Notes: generated by a model not told the origin, from the sequence alone. DNA of 63,728 nucleotides, filler included, from Welwitschia mirabilis (GCA_051453625.1; 6 parts of one record of this genome joined end to end with filler, not necessarily neighbours in it); one strand, 5' to 3'; shown: positions 13,975 through 28,890, counted from the whole stretch's first letter. Numbers and translations are program-made.

Positions 13975-15057
13975 TTTTAGACATGATACCCAGAAAGTAA
14001 TGAAGTGTAGTAAAGTGATCAGAAGATAAAGGTTTTGTAAAAATATCAGCCAATTGTTCTTTAGTACAAACATATTCTAGAAAAATAAATTTCTTTTCTA
14101 CAAGATTTCAAATAAAGTGATTCTGAGATCGATGTGCTTAGTATGAGTATGTTAAACTAGGTTATGAGCAATTTGAATGGCACTTGAGTTATCTCATAGA
14201 ATAGGAAGTTCTATGATATCTAGGTCATAGTACTTCAAAGTTTATTTCATTCATAGCATCCGAGTGCAGCAAGCTCCAGTAGTTATGTATTCAACTTTAG
14301 CTATGGAGAGGGATATGGATCATTATTTCTTGCTATACTAGGCTGTGAGGCAATTTTCAAAGAAGAAACATCCACCACTTGTGCTCTTTCGATCATCTTT
14401 TTAGCCAACCCAATTTGTATCACTATAACCTGTTACATGTAAGGGAGTGTTATTTGAAAATCATAAACCAAAATTAAGAGTACCTTTACATAGCGAAGTA
14501 TCATCTTTGTAGCAATAAGATGAGATTCCTTTAGTTTACTTTGATACCTGGCACATAAGCCAATACTAAATGCTATGTCAGTGTGACTAGTAGTTAGATA
14601 TAATAGGACTTTCTATAATGTTATGATATAATTTTTGGTCCACCTCCGTACCGTCCTCATCAAGAGAAAGTTTGATGTTCATGGCCATTACAGAGTCCAT
14701 ACACTTGGCATTTTCAAGTCTAAACTTTTTGATTAGATCTAAGGAGTATTTCTTCTGACTTATGAAGATACCATCTTTATGTTGTTGGATTTGTAGGCCT
14801 AAAAACATGCTAACTAGTACAATCATGTTTATTTCAAACTCAGAACTTATCAAATTTGTAAAATCATTTGATAATCTTTTATTAGTTAACCCAAAAAAAA
14901 TTCATCCACATAGATTTAAACTAAAATTAAATCATCATTCAATACTTTTCTAAAGAAATTTTTGTCAATGAAGCCTCTAGTAAAACCATTCTAAAGTAAA
15001 AAAGAGGAAAGCTTTTTATACCATGCTCTGGGAGCTTGTTTTAACTCATACAAAGCC
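13975..15057 (-). pseudogene. Copia pol remnant (RT-RNase H)
   Basis: RT ORF 14587-14853; RKSTSGGCFFF, HTKHID and ADIFTK motifs on the minus strand; frameshifts and stops. Confidence 0.85.
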
Positions 15058-15157
15058 NNNNNNNNNNNNNNNNNNNNNNNNNNNNNNNNNNNNNNNNNNN
15101 NTTAATTAATTAANNNNNNNNNNNNNNNNNNNNNNNNNNNNNNNNNNNNNNNNNNNN
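15058..15157. other. Artificial assembly spacer N44-TTAATTAATTAA-N44
   Basis: Exactly 100 nt with a six-frame stop linker; identical at five places. Confidence 0.95.
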
Positions 15158-17737
15158 TGAAATTCAACTATGTAGATGAATAATTATTAAGATTATCTTG
15201 GTTTAATTGAATGAATATGCAATACAAATGCAAGCATACAATATGTAAATATTTAATGGATTGTTTACCTAGTAAAATTAATTCTAATCATTATTAGATT
15301 TATTTTAAGAAAACAATCACATACAAAAAACATAGAGCATATGAGAATTTTTTTATTTTACATAAAAGGAAAATCATACATTTTTAAAGTATAATATTCA
15401 AAACAAATGAAAGAAAACATCTATTCATTTTGTACATTATAGTAATTCTTTTCAAATAAGGCACATTAATATTCCAAGTTCTATTGTAAAAACATGCTTC
15501 ATTTATGGAATTAAGCTAGACTCTAATCCCCTTTATAATTTATAAGTATTTACATTAAAATAATTTTAAGTAAAATGCCTGTATATTTTATCAAAAAGAA
15601 GCATTAATGAAGCTAATTTATTGGGCCACACAACTTTAGAATTATTAAGTAGACAACCCTAATATTTATGCTTGAAAGGCAAGAATGAGAGCCTAAAGTT
15701 TAATAAATAGTAAATAAAAATGATATAAAAAAAAATTGAACTTAATTATAAATCATATATAATATTTAAAATAATTTGTTACTTGCATTATATAATTTTC
15801 TGTTATTATTAAAATTAATTACAAATTTTCTTAGCTTTTAGAAAGCATTAAAACTAAAAATTTCTAATTAATTATTTAAAAATAAAAATAAATTAGACTT
15901 ACTTTTCGTAAACTAGACTCACTATACTATCTCTAAAATGTAATTTTAATAAATTTAATTTAGTATAGATGTATTTCATAAGTTTAAACGTTAAACTATA
16001 AAAATTGCCTGAATTTTGGAATTGCTAAACTAATACCCTTTACTAAAATGGCCATAAATTTTAATCTACTTGGATTTTTGCAATAAGAATATAGTTTTTT
16101 GAAATATTAATAAATTATCTACAAATTAGAGTACTCTATTTTTACCTTAAACTTTCTATAAATTTTGAAAACTGAAACTTTTTGCTTGTTATTTTTTACT
16201 TATAAATTTTAAGTCATTTTCATAAAATAAATTTTAAAAATTATTTTACTCTCCAAAAAATTTCTGATTTAGTACTTTTAACTTTTTAATATGATTATAG
16301 AGCATTATATAAAATTTCATAAATTGTTACTTAGTATTAAATGAGTTATGACTTTCTTAAATTGTGCTTCACTTTTGGTTGGGGGGAGGGGACTCTAACT
16401 AAACTAAGAACAAGAGAAGTCATACTAATTTTTGAAAATTAAATTAACTATTAAATCATAATAACAATTTATATTCTAAATATATAAAACACAATTATAA
16501 GTAATATAAACTCAACTTACTATAATAGATAATGCATCAATGCCATAAGGCTTAGGATTTTCTAAGAAAGAGGGCTTAGCCTAAATATATTCTTAAGGAT
16601 CAAAATTTTCATCATAATAAGATCTAATGAAAATCTGATATAAAATGCATTTCAAAAATAATACAATGCAATACAACATGGGTATCCAAAATCATAATGA
16701 AACCCTCAGTCACTTGGCCAAAATATCCATTAGATACANNNNNNNNNNNNNNNNNNNNNNNNNNNNNNNNNNNNNNNNNNNNNNNNNNNNNNNNNNNNNN
16801 NNNNNNNNNNNNNNNNNNNNNNNNNNNNNNNNNNNNNNNNNNNNNNNNNNNNNNNNNNNNNNNNNNNNNNNNNNNNNNNNNNNNNNNNNNNNNNNNNNNN
16901 NNNNNNNNNNNNNNNNNNNNNNNNNNNNNNNNNNNNNNNNNNNNNNNNNNNNNNNNNNNNNNNNNNNNNNNNNNNNNNNNNNNNNNNNNNNNNNNNNNNN
17001 NNNNNNNNNNNNNNNNNNNNNNNNNNNNNNNNNNNNNNNNNNNNNNNNNNNNNNNNNNNNNNNNNNNNNNNNNNNNNNNNNNNNNNNNNNNNNNNNNNNN
17101 NNNNNNNNNNNNNNNNNNNNNNNNNNNNNNNNNNNNNNNNNNNNNNNNNNNNNNNNNNNNNNNNNNNNNNNNNNNNNNNNNNNNNNNNNNNNNNNNNNNN
17201 NNNNNNNNNNNNNNNNNNNNNNNNNNNNNNNNNNNNNNNNNNNNNNNATATGGACATGTGAATGAAAATGCCAAAATTAATCTATAACAAGTTAGATAAG
17301 CTTATGTAAAAGTGATATTGATAATATTAATCAATAAGAATTTGTAAGAGATTTTGTAAAAAGTAAAAGTGATGTATGAATGTCAAAAGAAATCTTATTT
17401 ATAACTCATGTATCTAATTTAAGTGAGTAATTTTCTTACTTTAATTAACAAGATTAATTACATACATCATTTCCTTATGCTAGTTCTTTTTTAATCCTTC
17501 ATAGGCTCATAATCAATTTAAAACATTTTTTAAATGCATTAGAATAACAAATGCACCAATTTCAAAATTTTTATGTAACATAATAAGATAAAATACTTCC
17601 ACAAATATTAATAAGGATAAAAGTCATGGTATAATAAATTCCACTTATTCTTTTTGGTTTATGGATAACAGTGCATGTCTTTATTCACATATTTACACTC
17701 TTTATGATCCTTTACATTAACAAAAAAAATCATAAAA

Positions 17738-17852
17738 AAGAAGTGCCATAATTGAATTTAAGAAAAATGTCATAATGGAACATAAGAAAATGTCATAATT
17801 AAATGTAAGAAAGTGCCATAATTGAATGTAAGAAATTTTCATAGTTGAACAT
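17738..17852 (+). repeat. ~23-bp minisatellite (aagaaagtgccataattgaatgt-like), ~5 copies
   Basis: Contiguous imperfect units with no unique spacers. Confidence 0.8.
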
Positions 17853-19446
17853 AGTACTCTTACTTATTANNNNNNNNNNNNNNNNNNNNNNNNNNNNNNN
17901 NNNNNNNNNNNNNNNNNNNNNNNNNNNNNNNNNNNNNNNNNNNNNNNNNNNNNNNNNNNNNNNNNNNNNAATTGAATGTAAGAAATTGTCATAGTTGAAC
18001 ATAGTACTCTTACTTATTATTCTTTCACTTTTACTAAGTAATTTTAATTATGAATAAATGATTAAAATAATTATATCACATGCCATTTTTATAGATATTA
18101 TTTTAACCTTCATATGGATTTTTTGATTTAACTATTTAACCATGTAAATGACTTATCTTATCATAAACAGGTTTATTTATTATTAAAATTCTTATAATTA
18201 TAATTATTATTTTAAAATAATAAAATTACTCAAAACTAAGATTAATTAATTAAATAACCTTATAAGTATCTATAAATCAAAATATATGTTTGGTAGAATA
18301 CATTATTAATTATACGGCTACCCATTGCTTCTTACTGAATAAAAGGATTTTCATTATATTTGATATTAAAATATATTACATATTTTAGAGATTCTTATAA
18401 TAATGTCATTATAATTACTAATTAAATATTACAAAATATGGATTATAACACAAAGTCATGTATTTGTCCAATATTATTTGAGTACCTTTCCTTTATAAAA
18501 CATCTCTTAATGATTTTTCAGTCTCTAAAACAAAAATAGAAGCTTTTCTTTTTTTTAAAATAATGTTTAAATTTTATTTTAAAGTTTATATTAATTTAAA
18601 AAAATTGAGAATTCACTTATCAACCTACCAAGTTATCTAAGTCAAGTCATTAAGAAAGTCATCATAAATTGTAGTGACACAAGGGTGAATAAAATAGCTA
18701 AGGTAGTTTTTATAATTTAATTATTTATCACAATGTTTACACAATATAATCTATCATATAAATAAATAATATATAGTGCCAAATTAAATTTGATAATAAT
18801 TCATATGATCAACAATACATATAACTATTAAACACCACATGAGTTTAACTAAATAATAAAAAGTAATAGATACAAGATAATGAAAGAAAGCTTATTTTCC
18901 TTTATTCCAAGTGTAACCTTTAACCACACATCCAATGGAACTTGTGGTAGTCCTCCAACTTACAATGGGATTTTATCACAATCCCTGTCCTCCAAGCCAA
19001 ATAGACTTTACAATACTCCTCCAAATTACAAGGAGAGTTTATGATAGTTCTTAACCTTCAAGCAAGCTCAAATAGCTTTAATTATAATGAAAGAGAATAA
19101 AGAGTTGAAAGAGAGTAATAGAAAGAAGATAGAAGATGTGTTGTTATATAATTAGATCCAACAATTAGAAATTCAATTCTTGTATATGTATTACATCTAT
19201 TTTTCCAAGTACAATTATGTTAGAATTATATAGAGGATGAATTCTAGTTGTTATGAATCATGATTCTAAAGCATGTTAACTATTGGAACCTCCAAAATGA
19301 TTAGTTATCCTTTTAAGATAACTTCCCAACTATTATATTTTTATCAACATTTATATTTGTAGTCAACTCCTTCATGGATCCAGTTGACCCGTCTTACTAC
19401 TTTTCTAGTTCTTGCATTAGGTAGTTAACTACTAGTAGAATTTTGT

Positions 19447-20338
19447 TATTGTGCTACCAACTTGTATGTGTTTGATAGGGTATTTTGAGTAGTTTTACAG
19501 GACATTAAACAAGTTTATGATAAATTTCGATGATAATAGAGATCTAAGATAAATGATAAAAAAAATACAATATTCATTAATTTTATAGCATTTGAGGTAA
19601 TTTACAATATTTCCTATTTTAAGTAAAAATCCTACAAATAATAAGGCTAATGCGATACATGAAGAACTACAAAAAAAACCTATTATCCACCTCATCATCT
19701 AGATGACTGTATAAATGACAAAAAACTTAAGCAAAGGAGGATGCTGACTTGAATCAACTTGGTAGCTAATATGAAACTCTTATGAGGTGGCATCATCTCT
19801 TGTTGGATGACCATAAGGATGATACCTAAAATAGATGCTTCACCAAACTTCACCAAACTCTGGCCATTTTTCTCTCACTTTCTTATGCAGTTGTTAGGGT
19901 TGTGCCCATCCTTGTTAGTCTTGTCTATTTGTAAAGTCTATTTTGTTAATAAATATCGACTTTGCCCTTAATTTTGTCTTATATTTGTTTGCATTAGAAA
20001 TTCTTGTGATAGGAGATCGAAGGGCTAGAGATCCATCCATTATTCTTGCAAAGAAATGTATTCCTTCATGTTGGGATATGCATCTTTCATTTAGGTATTG
20101 CAACTTTGTAACATAGATGTTGATTTGAATCCAATTTAAAACTTTTTCCTTTTTTTATATCTTTTATTTTGTGCATGTTCCTTCTAGTTTATATTGCTTC
20201 TAATTCTATGATAACTTCTTTAATGATATAGATCATGTGGGTAATCTTTATTAAGGTTGACATTATTAATTTAGGTGCATCATATTTTCTTTCTTATATT
20301 AACTTTGTATTACTTTCATATATTGTTTGATGTACTTG
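19447..20338 (+). repeat. Athila-like LTR (same family as 8403-9490), interrupted by the element starting at 20339
   Basis: tattgtgctaccaacttgtatgtgtttgatagggtattttgagtagttt matches the reverse complement of the 9490 end; similarity stops at ~20338, before the LTR's natural end. Confidence 0.7.
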
Positions 20339-21533
20339 TGTTACGATCCCAAATTATCATTTTTTTAATAATTTAGTTGGTGATCTTTTATAGTGAAAAG
20401 AAACTCAATTCAGTCATTTTTAGGAATGTAGTTGTAAACCCATATAACAACTCAATTATGAAGTGTCATATTTCCATCCATAACAATAGGAATTCAACTA
20501 AGGGATAAAGTGGAGAAAAGAGTAGAAGAAAATTCTAAGAAATTTACTATTATCCTTGCTATTGTTTCCATGACAGAGGACATGACCACAAGGTTAAGTC
20601 ATTCGAGGCTAAGTTGGAGAGGATGATTTGGCGAGGCTGACATGATAAGTCTAGGGGACGGTCATGTTCTATGTCATTTCCATGAAATAGGGGAAAACAT
20701 ATCCATTAAGCTTCAAATTCAAATCCCAATAAGCTTCTGATGTGATAACTAGTAATTGGATGATGAAGGGATGTTATGTCATGTGTCATCCCAATGATAG
20801 CAATGACACAATAGTGTCATAACTTCTTTCTAACAGAGTTAATTAAGGTCTATTTTATGCCTAATGATGCCTCTTGATCTATACAAATATTCTTGACTCA
20901 TAATCACCTTAAGGAAAACTATAAAAACCCCCATTTCACATTATTTATTCATCTTTTGACATTGAAGGATTGATGACAAAGGCATCCAAGAATTCAAGGA
21001 TTCATTTTAGCATAGAAGAGATCATTCTTAGTGATTAGGTTGTGCTTCTGACATTGAGGAATCACTACCTTGTTGAGGTGTTTTGTAAGATGTTTCATTT
21101 GTTTAATAAAATGTCTTTCTTCTTAAATTTATATTATTTCTCTTATGGCTTGTGTTAAAGTTTGATTAACACTATTTTCTAAATTGATTCTGATTTAAAT
21201 ATAGGTCATAGGAGCTAAGTTTGGGTGATAATAATGTAGAAATTTGGTTATCGTAAGCTTGCATATTGATCTTTCATTCATTTTTGCATTGCATACTATA
21301 ATACTTGCATTGTTAATTTCCATTTTTTGCATTACAAAAATACAAAATTTATCAAAAAGATTGGATTAAAATTTAAGTATTTATTCTTTCTTATTTATGT
21401 TTTTGATTAGTGTATTATCTTATGCTCTCCAGATTATGACATTCGTTGATTGAATTACTTCATACTAAGCGTAATTACAATTCTATTATTTCTAAAATTA
21501 ACTACTTTTGAAGTGTAATTTAGGCAACCAACA
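20339..21533 (+). repeat. 5' LTR (~1.2 kb)
   Basis: tgttacgatccc...caaccaaca; colinear with 35103-36221; TATA ctataaaaa at ~20919. Confidence 0.85.
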
Positions 21534-21535
21534 TT

Positions 21536-21554
21536 TAGGCACCATTGCCAGGGA
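21536..21554 (+). promoter_or_regulatory. Primer-binding site, degenerate tRNA-Asp type
   Basis: taggcaccattgccaggga immediately after the LTR end. Confidence 0.7.
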
Positions 21555-23290
21555 GCATTAGAACAAACTATCAAGTGCATTTAAATCAAAAGTAAGTGTA
21601 TTAAATTTACGCTATCATTTTATCTATTTGCTTTTAATTTTCATCTAATACCTATTGGTGTAATCTACTTGCTTTGAGAATATCACCTAAAGGGATCTAC
21701 TTGTCTTTTTCTCAATTGAAATATTATCTCTAAGGTTTACCTCTATTGAAGATAGATTATTCACTTTTAGAGGGCAGCACATTATTTCCACTTGTTGTTT
21801 ATGTTATGTATCCTTTTTATTATAAATTATTTCTTCTTTTCCTATTCTCTTTTTTATGTAATAATTTCAATTTACTAGGTCTATCTTCTTTCACTTTGTA
21901 TGATTTAAAAGGATTACCACATAGCAAAAAGCCTTCCAGTGTCTTTTTCTTGAGTTCTAAGTAAAGATTCTAAGAAGAAACATTACTCTTAATTATTGGG
22001 TCTACTCCTTACTCTTTAATGTAATCCTAGAGATTATTTACAATGGTTTTAAGTTAAAAGGTTGGACTTTTTAGGTTAATCAAGGGAATTCCATCAAATT
22101 ATAAAGATAAAAAGGTATGTTATCAACATGAAAAGCAATTTTTAAAAGAGGCAATTTAAGGAGGTGTTCAAATATATAATTTAAGAACTAAAGGTGAGCA
22201 ACGTTTTATTTCTAAATTTGATAAATTTGATTTTTTTACATTCTGAAAATTTTTCATTATCTATTACATCATCTTCTAAAATTTGTAAACATCCTCTCAA
22301 AACAAAATCCACCTCTTTTATTACAAGTCCTTCTAGGCCTAATTTAAATTCTTTTGCAAATTAGGTTTCAACTTTGTATTCTTTGAATAGTAAATGTGTA
22401 AATTAGAACCCTAAAACTCCCACAATGTCTATAATTTCTAATGGTATCCAACCAACTCTTAAGAATACATATGGACCAAAATTAGAGAAACTCATAATCC
22501 TTTCAACATTCCTATTGGGGATGACATAGAAATCGAAAATCTTAATGCCTATCCCTTTTTCTGTGGAGAAACACATGAAGATCCTTATGAACACATCACT
22601 ACCATTGTACAATTGATGCTTACATGTAATGGAAAGAAATCCATAATAGATAGAAATTAAATGATAGTGTTCCCTTATACATTGAGTGGAAAAGAAAAAA
22701 ATTAGCTTAAGACCTTACCCCACAAAAGTCTCAAAACTTGAAAAGATATCAAAAAAAGCTTTATCAAATGATTCCTTAATGGAAAGACTTTAAGATAAAG
22801 ACATCCTAAGGTAACCAATTTTCAACAAAAAGACAATGAGGATTATGCTTCATCTTGGGAAAGNNNNNNNNNNGTGGGAATACTTTGAGGCAAAGACATC
22901 ATGAGGTAATCAAATTTTCAACAAAAAGACAATGAGGATTATGCCTCATATTAGGAAATATTCCCAATTTTAGTTTCAGCCAACCCTATAGATGAATTAA
23001 TTTGCCATTTCTATAATGACATCACTAGTAAAACAAAAAAAATGATAGATCTTTCTTATGGAGGGACTTTATTTTAACATACAAATGATGAATCATGGCA
23101 ACATTTATAAGAAACTTAGTCAAGCATGGCCTAAGCCTAAAGAAAAAAAACTCTCAAGAAATCTTTGAGAGAAATACATCATATAAAACATCAAGAGGAT
23201 AAATAAAAATAAATCATTTACAAATATAAAGATAGTAGTGACAGTGACAACCCACTTGTAAGAAAAATGGTAAAAGTAATTAAAGAAGTT

Positions 23291-23390
23291 NNNNNNNNNN
23301 NNNNNNNNNNNNNNNNNNNNNNNNNNNNNNNNNNTTAATTAATTAANNNNNNNNNNNNNNNNNNNNNNNNNNNNNNNNNNNNNNNNNNNN
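23291..23390. other. Artificial assembly spacer N44-TTAATTAATTAA-N44
   Basis: Same 100-nt linker. Confidence 0.95.
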
Positions 23391-23498
23391 ACATTCGGAT
23401 CACTCCGTCTATACTAGCGTGTTGTATTTTGCATCTTATTTATAATTAACAGGATTGAGATTAAAACGTGAACTATTGCATAAATATACACCGCAACA
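23391..23498 (+). repeat. 3' end of an LTR nested in the gag region
   Basis: gtctatactagcgtgttgtatt...aaatatacaccgcaaca resembles the LTR end at 1735-1849; retains CpGs; gag-like sequence resumes afterwards. Confidence 0.6.
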
Positions 23499-26400
23499 GA
23501 ATTAAAATTAGCAAAAGTCCATACTATAAAAGAAATAGTAAGGAAAAAGTATGCTATGTAAACCCATCAGACCCTAATTACTACAAAGGATTTTACCACA
23601 ATGAGAAGAAGCCTTATCATCAACCAGGTCCTTCTTTTAAACCTAAGTATAGATCCTCCTTTAAACAATCATATAATCCAAGATATGGAGGATACAACCA
23701 ATACAAGAAGAATTCAATTAAGAAAGCTATAATAGAGATAAGAAGCATCCATGAACAAACCCATAAGAGTATTGAGCAAATACAAAAAAAACATACAATA
23801 TTTAGATGGAGTCATATAATAAATTATGTTAGTTAACCAAAGACCACAAACCACATTAGCTTTCAACACATTGCTTAACCCAAATGATGTGAAAAAATAT
23901 TAGAAGGTAGTTACTAAAAGAAGCACTATTACTACACTTGAAGAGTTATCTATGAGTGATGACATTGAAGAAAGAAAAGATGAAGATGTAGAAATCCTTG
24001 ATGAGACACACTTTCCTTCTACTTCTACTTCAACCAACAAGAATGAATCCCCAAAGAACAGAAGAAAACATCTTACCCCTTAATTAGATAGACTCAACTC
24101 TAATCCAACTTATGATGAATACATCAAAACTATCATAAAAGATGTCAATGTCACACTACCATTTTGTTACATATTTCAAGACAACCCTAAGTATGCCAAA
24201 GTATTAAAGGACCTTTGTAGGAGAAGTAAAAATTTAGATTACCAAGTAGAGTGTTTTTAGCCAAATCTATGGCCAACTTGGTAATGTAAAAATGTCCAAA
24301 ATTCAAAGATCCAAGGGCAACAACCATTAATGTGATCTTAGAAGGCAACAAAAAGGTTAAGAAGGCCCTTATTGATATAGGTGCAAGTGTGAACATTATG
24401 ATCCTACACATTTGTAAAAACTTTAGGTTACAAAATTAAATTAAATCAATAAAAGATGTCTTGGAAATGGTTGATTCAATCTTGAGGAAACCTAAAAGAA
24501 TTATCAAATGTTTGGTTATCCAAACAGAGAAAGCCTACTATCCCATTAATGTCATAATTATCAAAATAAATCAAAATTATGAATATCCTTGCTTTTAGGT
24601 GGAGCTTTTTATGCTACTGCCCTATAGACACTAGAAATGGAATCATGGAACTTCACATAGGTAGTAAAAAAATCCAAGTTTAGGTCTTTAATGCAGCAAA
24701 AAATTATACAAGGGATTCAAATGATAAGCTTAGTAAAGATATTAGATCAACAATGTTTGTATCTTATCATTTACTTGAATTGAAGGCCCTTACAAATGAA
24801 TAACCAACTCTTTTTATTGATATGAAGGAATTCTCAACAATATTAGGTAGTCTTAATTTTATAAACCCTTGTGAACTTGATAATACTATGGAATCCTTAA
24901 TGGAAGAAACATTTGACAACATCACAGTCCAAGACATAAAAGAAGTAAAAGCCATGGAAACAACTTTTGATTAGGATGGTTATGCAACCCCTAATAGACA
25001 TGAAGGAATCAAATTTGAGATAAATTTGAAGGATTTTAAAAAGGTATTGAAATACATTTTTATCAATAATAACCCTAAAAATCCATTAATCATTAATAGT
25101 CATCTCTACCCTAATGTTGAGCAAGCCTTAGTGTTACTTCTTACATCTAAATCTGAAGCTTTTGCTTGGAGTTACAAGGACATATATCCTATTCCATCAC
25201 ATATTATTTAATATAAGATATACCTAGAGGACAATTCAAAACCCATAAGGCAACCTTAAAGACATCTAAATCTAGCACTAAAACAAGTGGTTAAAGANNN
25301 NNNNNNNNNNNNNNNNNNNNNNNNNNNNNNNNNNNNNNNNNNNNNNNNNNNNNNNNNNNNNNNNNNNNNNNNNNNNNNNNNNNNNNNNNNNNNNNNNGAG
25401 GACAATTCAAAACCCATAAGGCAACCTTAAAGACATCTAAATCTAGCACTAAAACAAGTGGTTAAAGATAAGATCATTAAACTTTTAGATGTTGACATCA
25501 TTTATTCTATAAACAATAGTGAGTGGGTTAGCCCATTAATTATAGTACCTAAGAAAAGTGTTAAGTGGAGAGTATGCATAGACTTATGAATAATTAATGA
25601 AGTAACAAAAAAGGATCATTTCCCTCTCTCTTTTCTTAATCTTCTTGATCAAGTATTAGATGGAATATAAGGACATGCATTCTACTATTTCCTTAATGAT
25701 TATAGTGGATAAAACCAAGTATGTATTGCAAAAAAAGATTAAGCAAAGACTACTTTCACCTACCCTTTTGGTAATTATGATTTGAGAAGAATGCCTTTTA
25801 GTTTATGCAATGCTCCAGGTACCTTTAAATGTCCTATGATGGGAATTTTTAGTAACCTTGTAGAAAACTCCATTAAAATTTTCATGGATTATTTTTCAGC
25901 CTTTAAATACTTTTTTGATCAAACTTTAAATCATTTAGTATAAGTCTTAGAATGAAGTATTGAAAGTGGACTTTACCTTAGTTGGGAAAAGAGTTATTTT
26001 ATGGTTAATGAAGGGATAGTTTTAGGACATCATATTTCAATGAAAGATATACAAATAGAATCATAAAAAATTTATGTCATAAAAAATCATTCACCTCCTT
26101 TTAATATAAAATAACTTTGATGATTTTTGGGACATTGTGGATTTTATCATAGGTTCATTGAAGGATATGCAAAAATTTGTAAGTTACTTTATTAACTTTT
26201 GGAAAAAGATGTTAAATATGTGGAGTGATGAATGCCAATAAACCTTTGAGAATCTTAAAATTGCCATTACCAATGAACCCATAGTAAATTGACCAAATTG
26301 GAATAAGGATTTCAAGCTAATGTATAATACTAGTAGTCTTGCTGAAGTTGGGGTGTTAGGATAAAAACATGAGAAAGGGATGAAAGTAATTAGCTACATT

Positions 26401-27329
26401 AGTAAAACCCTTTCTAATGTTTAACTTAATTACATAACTAATAAAAAGAAGATGCTAGCAATCATCTTTTTATTAGATAAACTTCGACATTACCTCCTTA
26501 GTTTACACACTTAGATTTATTAAATCATGTGGCCATTAGGTATTTAATGATAAAGAAATATTATAGTGTAAGCCTGATACGCTGGGTACTTTTATTACAA
26601 NNNNNNNNNNNNNNNNNNNNNNNNNNNNNNNNNNNNNNNNNNNNNNNNNNNNNNNNNNNNNNNNNNNNNNNNNNNNNNNNNNNNNNNNNNNNNNNNNNNN
26701 NNNNNNNNNNNNNNNNNNNNNNNNNNNNNNNNNNNNNNNNNNNNNNNNNNNNNNNNNNNNNNNNNNNNNNNNNNNNNNNNNNNNNNNNNNNNNNNNNNNN
26801 NNNNNNNNNNNNNNNNNNNNNNNNNNNNNNNNNNNNNNNNNNNNNNNNNNNNNNNNNNNNNNNNNNNNNNNNNNNNNNNNNNNNNNNNNNNNNNNNNNNN
26901 NNNNNNNNNNNNNNNNNNNNNNNNNNNNNNNNNNNNNNNNNNNNNNNNNNNNNNNNNNNNNNNNNNNNNNNNNNNNNNNNNNNNNNNNNNNNNNNNNNNN
27001 NNNNNNNNNNNNNNNNNNNNNNNNNNNNNNNNNNNNNNNNNNNNNNNNNNNNNNNNNNNNNNNNNNNNNNNNNNNNNNNNNNNNNNNNNNNNNNNNNNNN
27101 NNNNNNNNNNNNNNNNNNNNNNNNNNNNNNNNNNNNNNNNNNNNNNNNNNNNNNNNNNNNNNNNNNNNNNNNNNNNNNNNNNCTTGTCACACTTAAAACA
27201 TCTTTTTATTGAAATATAGAATAATGAAAATCTTTCCTCCATAGGATAGGTAACTATGAATGGATCTAACAACATCTGTATAGGTAATGCAAAGATCAAA
27301 TCATGCACAAATGTATTCCCAAGTGGGAA

Positions 27330-28890
27330 TAAAAAGATTTTCTTCTTCTTTTTCATGGGAAAGTTTGTGAAGGTCATTTTAATAGCCAAAAGACAACCAT
27401 GAAAATCTTACATTCAGAACTCTATTGACCCTCTATATTTAAAGATGCCTTTGACTTCGCTAACAAGTGTGATTCTTGCCAATGATCTGGAGGTCTTACT
27501 TAAACTTATGATATGCCTTTTACACCTATCTTGGAATGTGAACCTCTTGATTATTGAGGTATAAACTTTGTAGATCCTCTTAAATCCCCTTTATATAGAA
27601 AGCATTATATCTTAGTGGTAGTCTATTATGTAATAAAATAAGTTAAATCCATTCCTACACAGACTTGTGATGCAAAAACTGTTTGACAATTCCTTAGATG
27701 AAACATGTTTTAAAGATTTAGATTTCCTAGGATTTTCATTTTTGATTAAGATACTTACTTTATTAATAAGATCCTTAGGAAAATCTTACTTTCATTTGGG
27801 ATTGAATATAGAATAGCTAACTCTTACCATCCCCAATCAAATGGGAAAGCTAAAAATGCTAATCGAGAGATCAAGAAAGTACTCTTAAAACTTTATCATA
27901 AGTGTTGAAAATCATTGACACTTCATCTTAATGATCTCCTTTGGACTTATTGCATGACTTAACATAATTCTTTAGGTTTCTTTCCTCATTAACTTGTCTA
28001 TGGGGAAACATGTATACTTCTAGTTGATGTATGCTATAATTCTTACAAAATAGTCCATCAACTTAAACTTATTTCTTATGCTGATAATCTTCAAGCACAC
28101 TTAACCCAATTGAAGCACCTTGATGAGAAGAGAATTTAGGCTCTCCATTACTAACTTATAATTAAAGCCTTAAGCTAAACATCAACATGATAAAAACCTT
28201 ATGCATAAATATTTTCACCCTAGTCAGTATGTTCTACTCTTTAATGTTAGAGTTCATTTAATTTACAATAAACTGATTTCTAAATGGTTAGGCTTAAATA
28301 TAATTAAAAAGGTGCATTCCAATGGTTCAGTTGAGATTTTTGATCTAAAAACTAATGAAATAATAAAGGTAAATGGATAATGTTTATAGCATTATCAGTC
28401 ACCTGATGATTACTCTTACTCGGTTAACATGATAAAAGTAGTTGAGTTAGAGAATCCTCTCCTTGAAAAATAGGACTCCCTCCCCTTTGTTATTGTTTAG
28501 ATGACTTCTTAACTTGACCTATCTCAGATTCATTAGACTACTTGATCATCCTTTACTAATTAATCATCCTTTACATGACTAATGCTCTATCATTAAGGTT
28601 CATGATGTTTAACAAGTGATGAGTTTGACTGTATCTAAACTCAAGGTATTAAAATGCCCATGAATCCTTGATTCTCATCAATTACCTCATTAGAAAAGTG
28701 CAAAAAGACCTTCAAAATAAAAAGAAAATTGTGTTTATTTCCAAGGTGTCCTATCACAAGTGCACCAGAGGGACACTTAGCTTTTGGATCTATTCTCTTT
28801 GGCAGTGTAACATAGTAGCTATGGAGACTTTACCTAGGGTACAGTTATTCATGATTGAGTCTTTACCTGCAGATTGCTTCTCCTATGGTA
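27330..28890 (+). pseudogene. Gypsy integrase remnant plus downstream sequence, copy 1
   Basis: GHF..KRQ/MKILHS zinc finger, YHPQSNGKA core, GSVEI...KVNG C-terminus. Confidence 0.8.

Larger units (their letters stand above)
10848..15057 (-). mobile_element. 3' half of a decayed Ty1/Copia SIRE-like element (RT/RNase H, env-like ORF, multiple PPTs, 3' LTR)
   Basis: Copia RT ORF 14587-14853 (FLGLQIQQHKDGIFISQKKY); RNase H end QLADIFTKPL (~14030-14058); LTR carrying ccctagaggggggtgactagg; PPT next to LTR. Truncated by the spacer at 15058. Confidence 0.85.
22700..26600 (+). pseudogene. Athila gag-PR-RT-RNase H remnant
   Basis: Retrotrans_gag-like segment ~22800-23100; protease motif ~24365; RT (WVSPLIIVPKK, RRMPFSLCNAP, IFMDYFS); RNase H (RHYLL, IRWVLLLQ); many stops. 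Confidence 0.85.

Noticed and set aside
15102..15113. Recurrent palindrome TTAATTAATTAA at five sites
   Set aside because: Always centred in exactly 44+44 Ns; an artificial six-frame-stop linker, not biology
17738..18019. 23-bp repeats as a CRISPR-like array
   Set aside because: Units are contiguous with no unique spacers, there are no cas genes and the context is eukaryotic; 17970-18019 is an overlap copy across a gap
18670..19446. Possible Copia-type LTR (tgtagtgacacaagggtgaata...)
   Set aside because: No second copy, PBS or PPT in the window to support it
25228..25467. Exact duplication around a 100-N gap (similar cases at 36928-37290 and 47580-47836)
   Set aside because: Near-identical sequence on both sides of a fixed-size gap indicates unmerged contig overlaps
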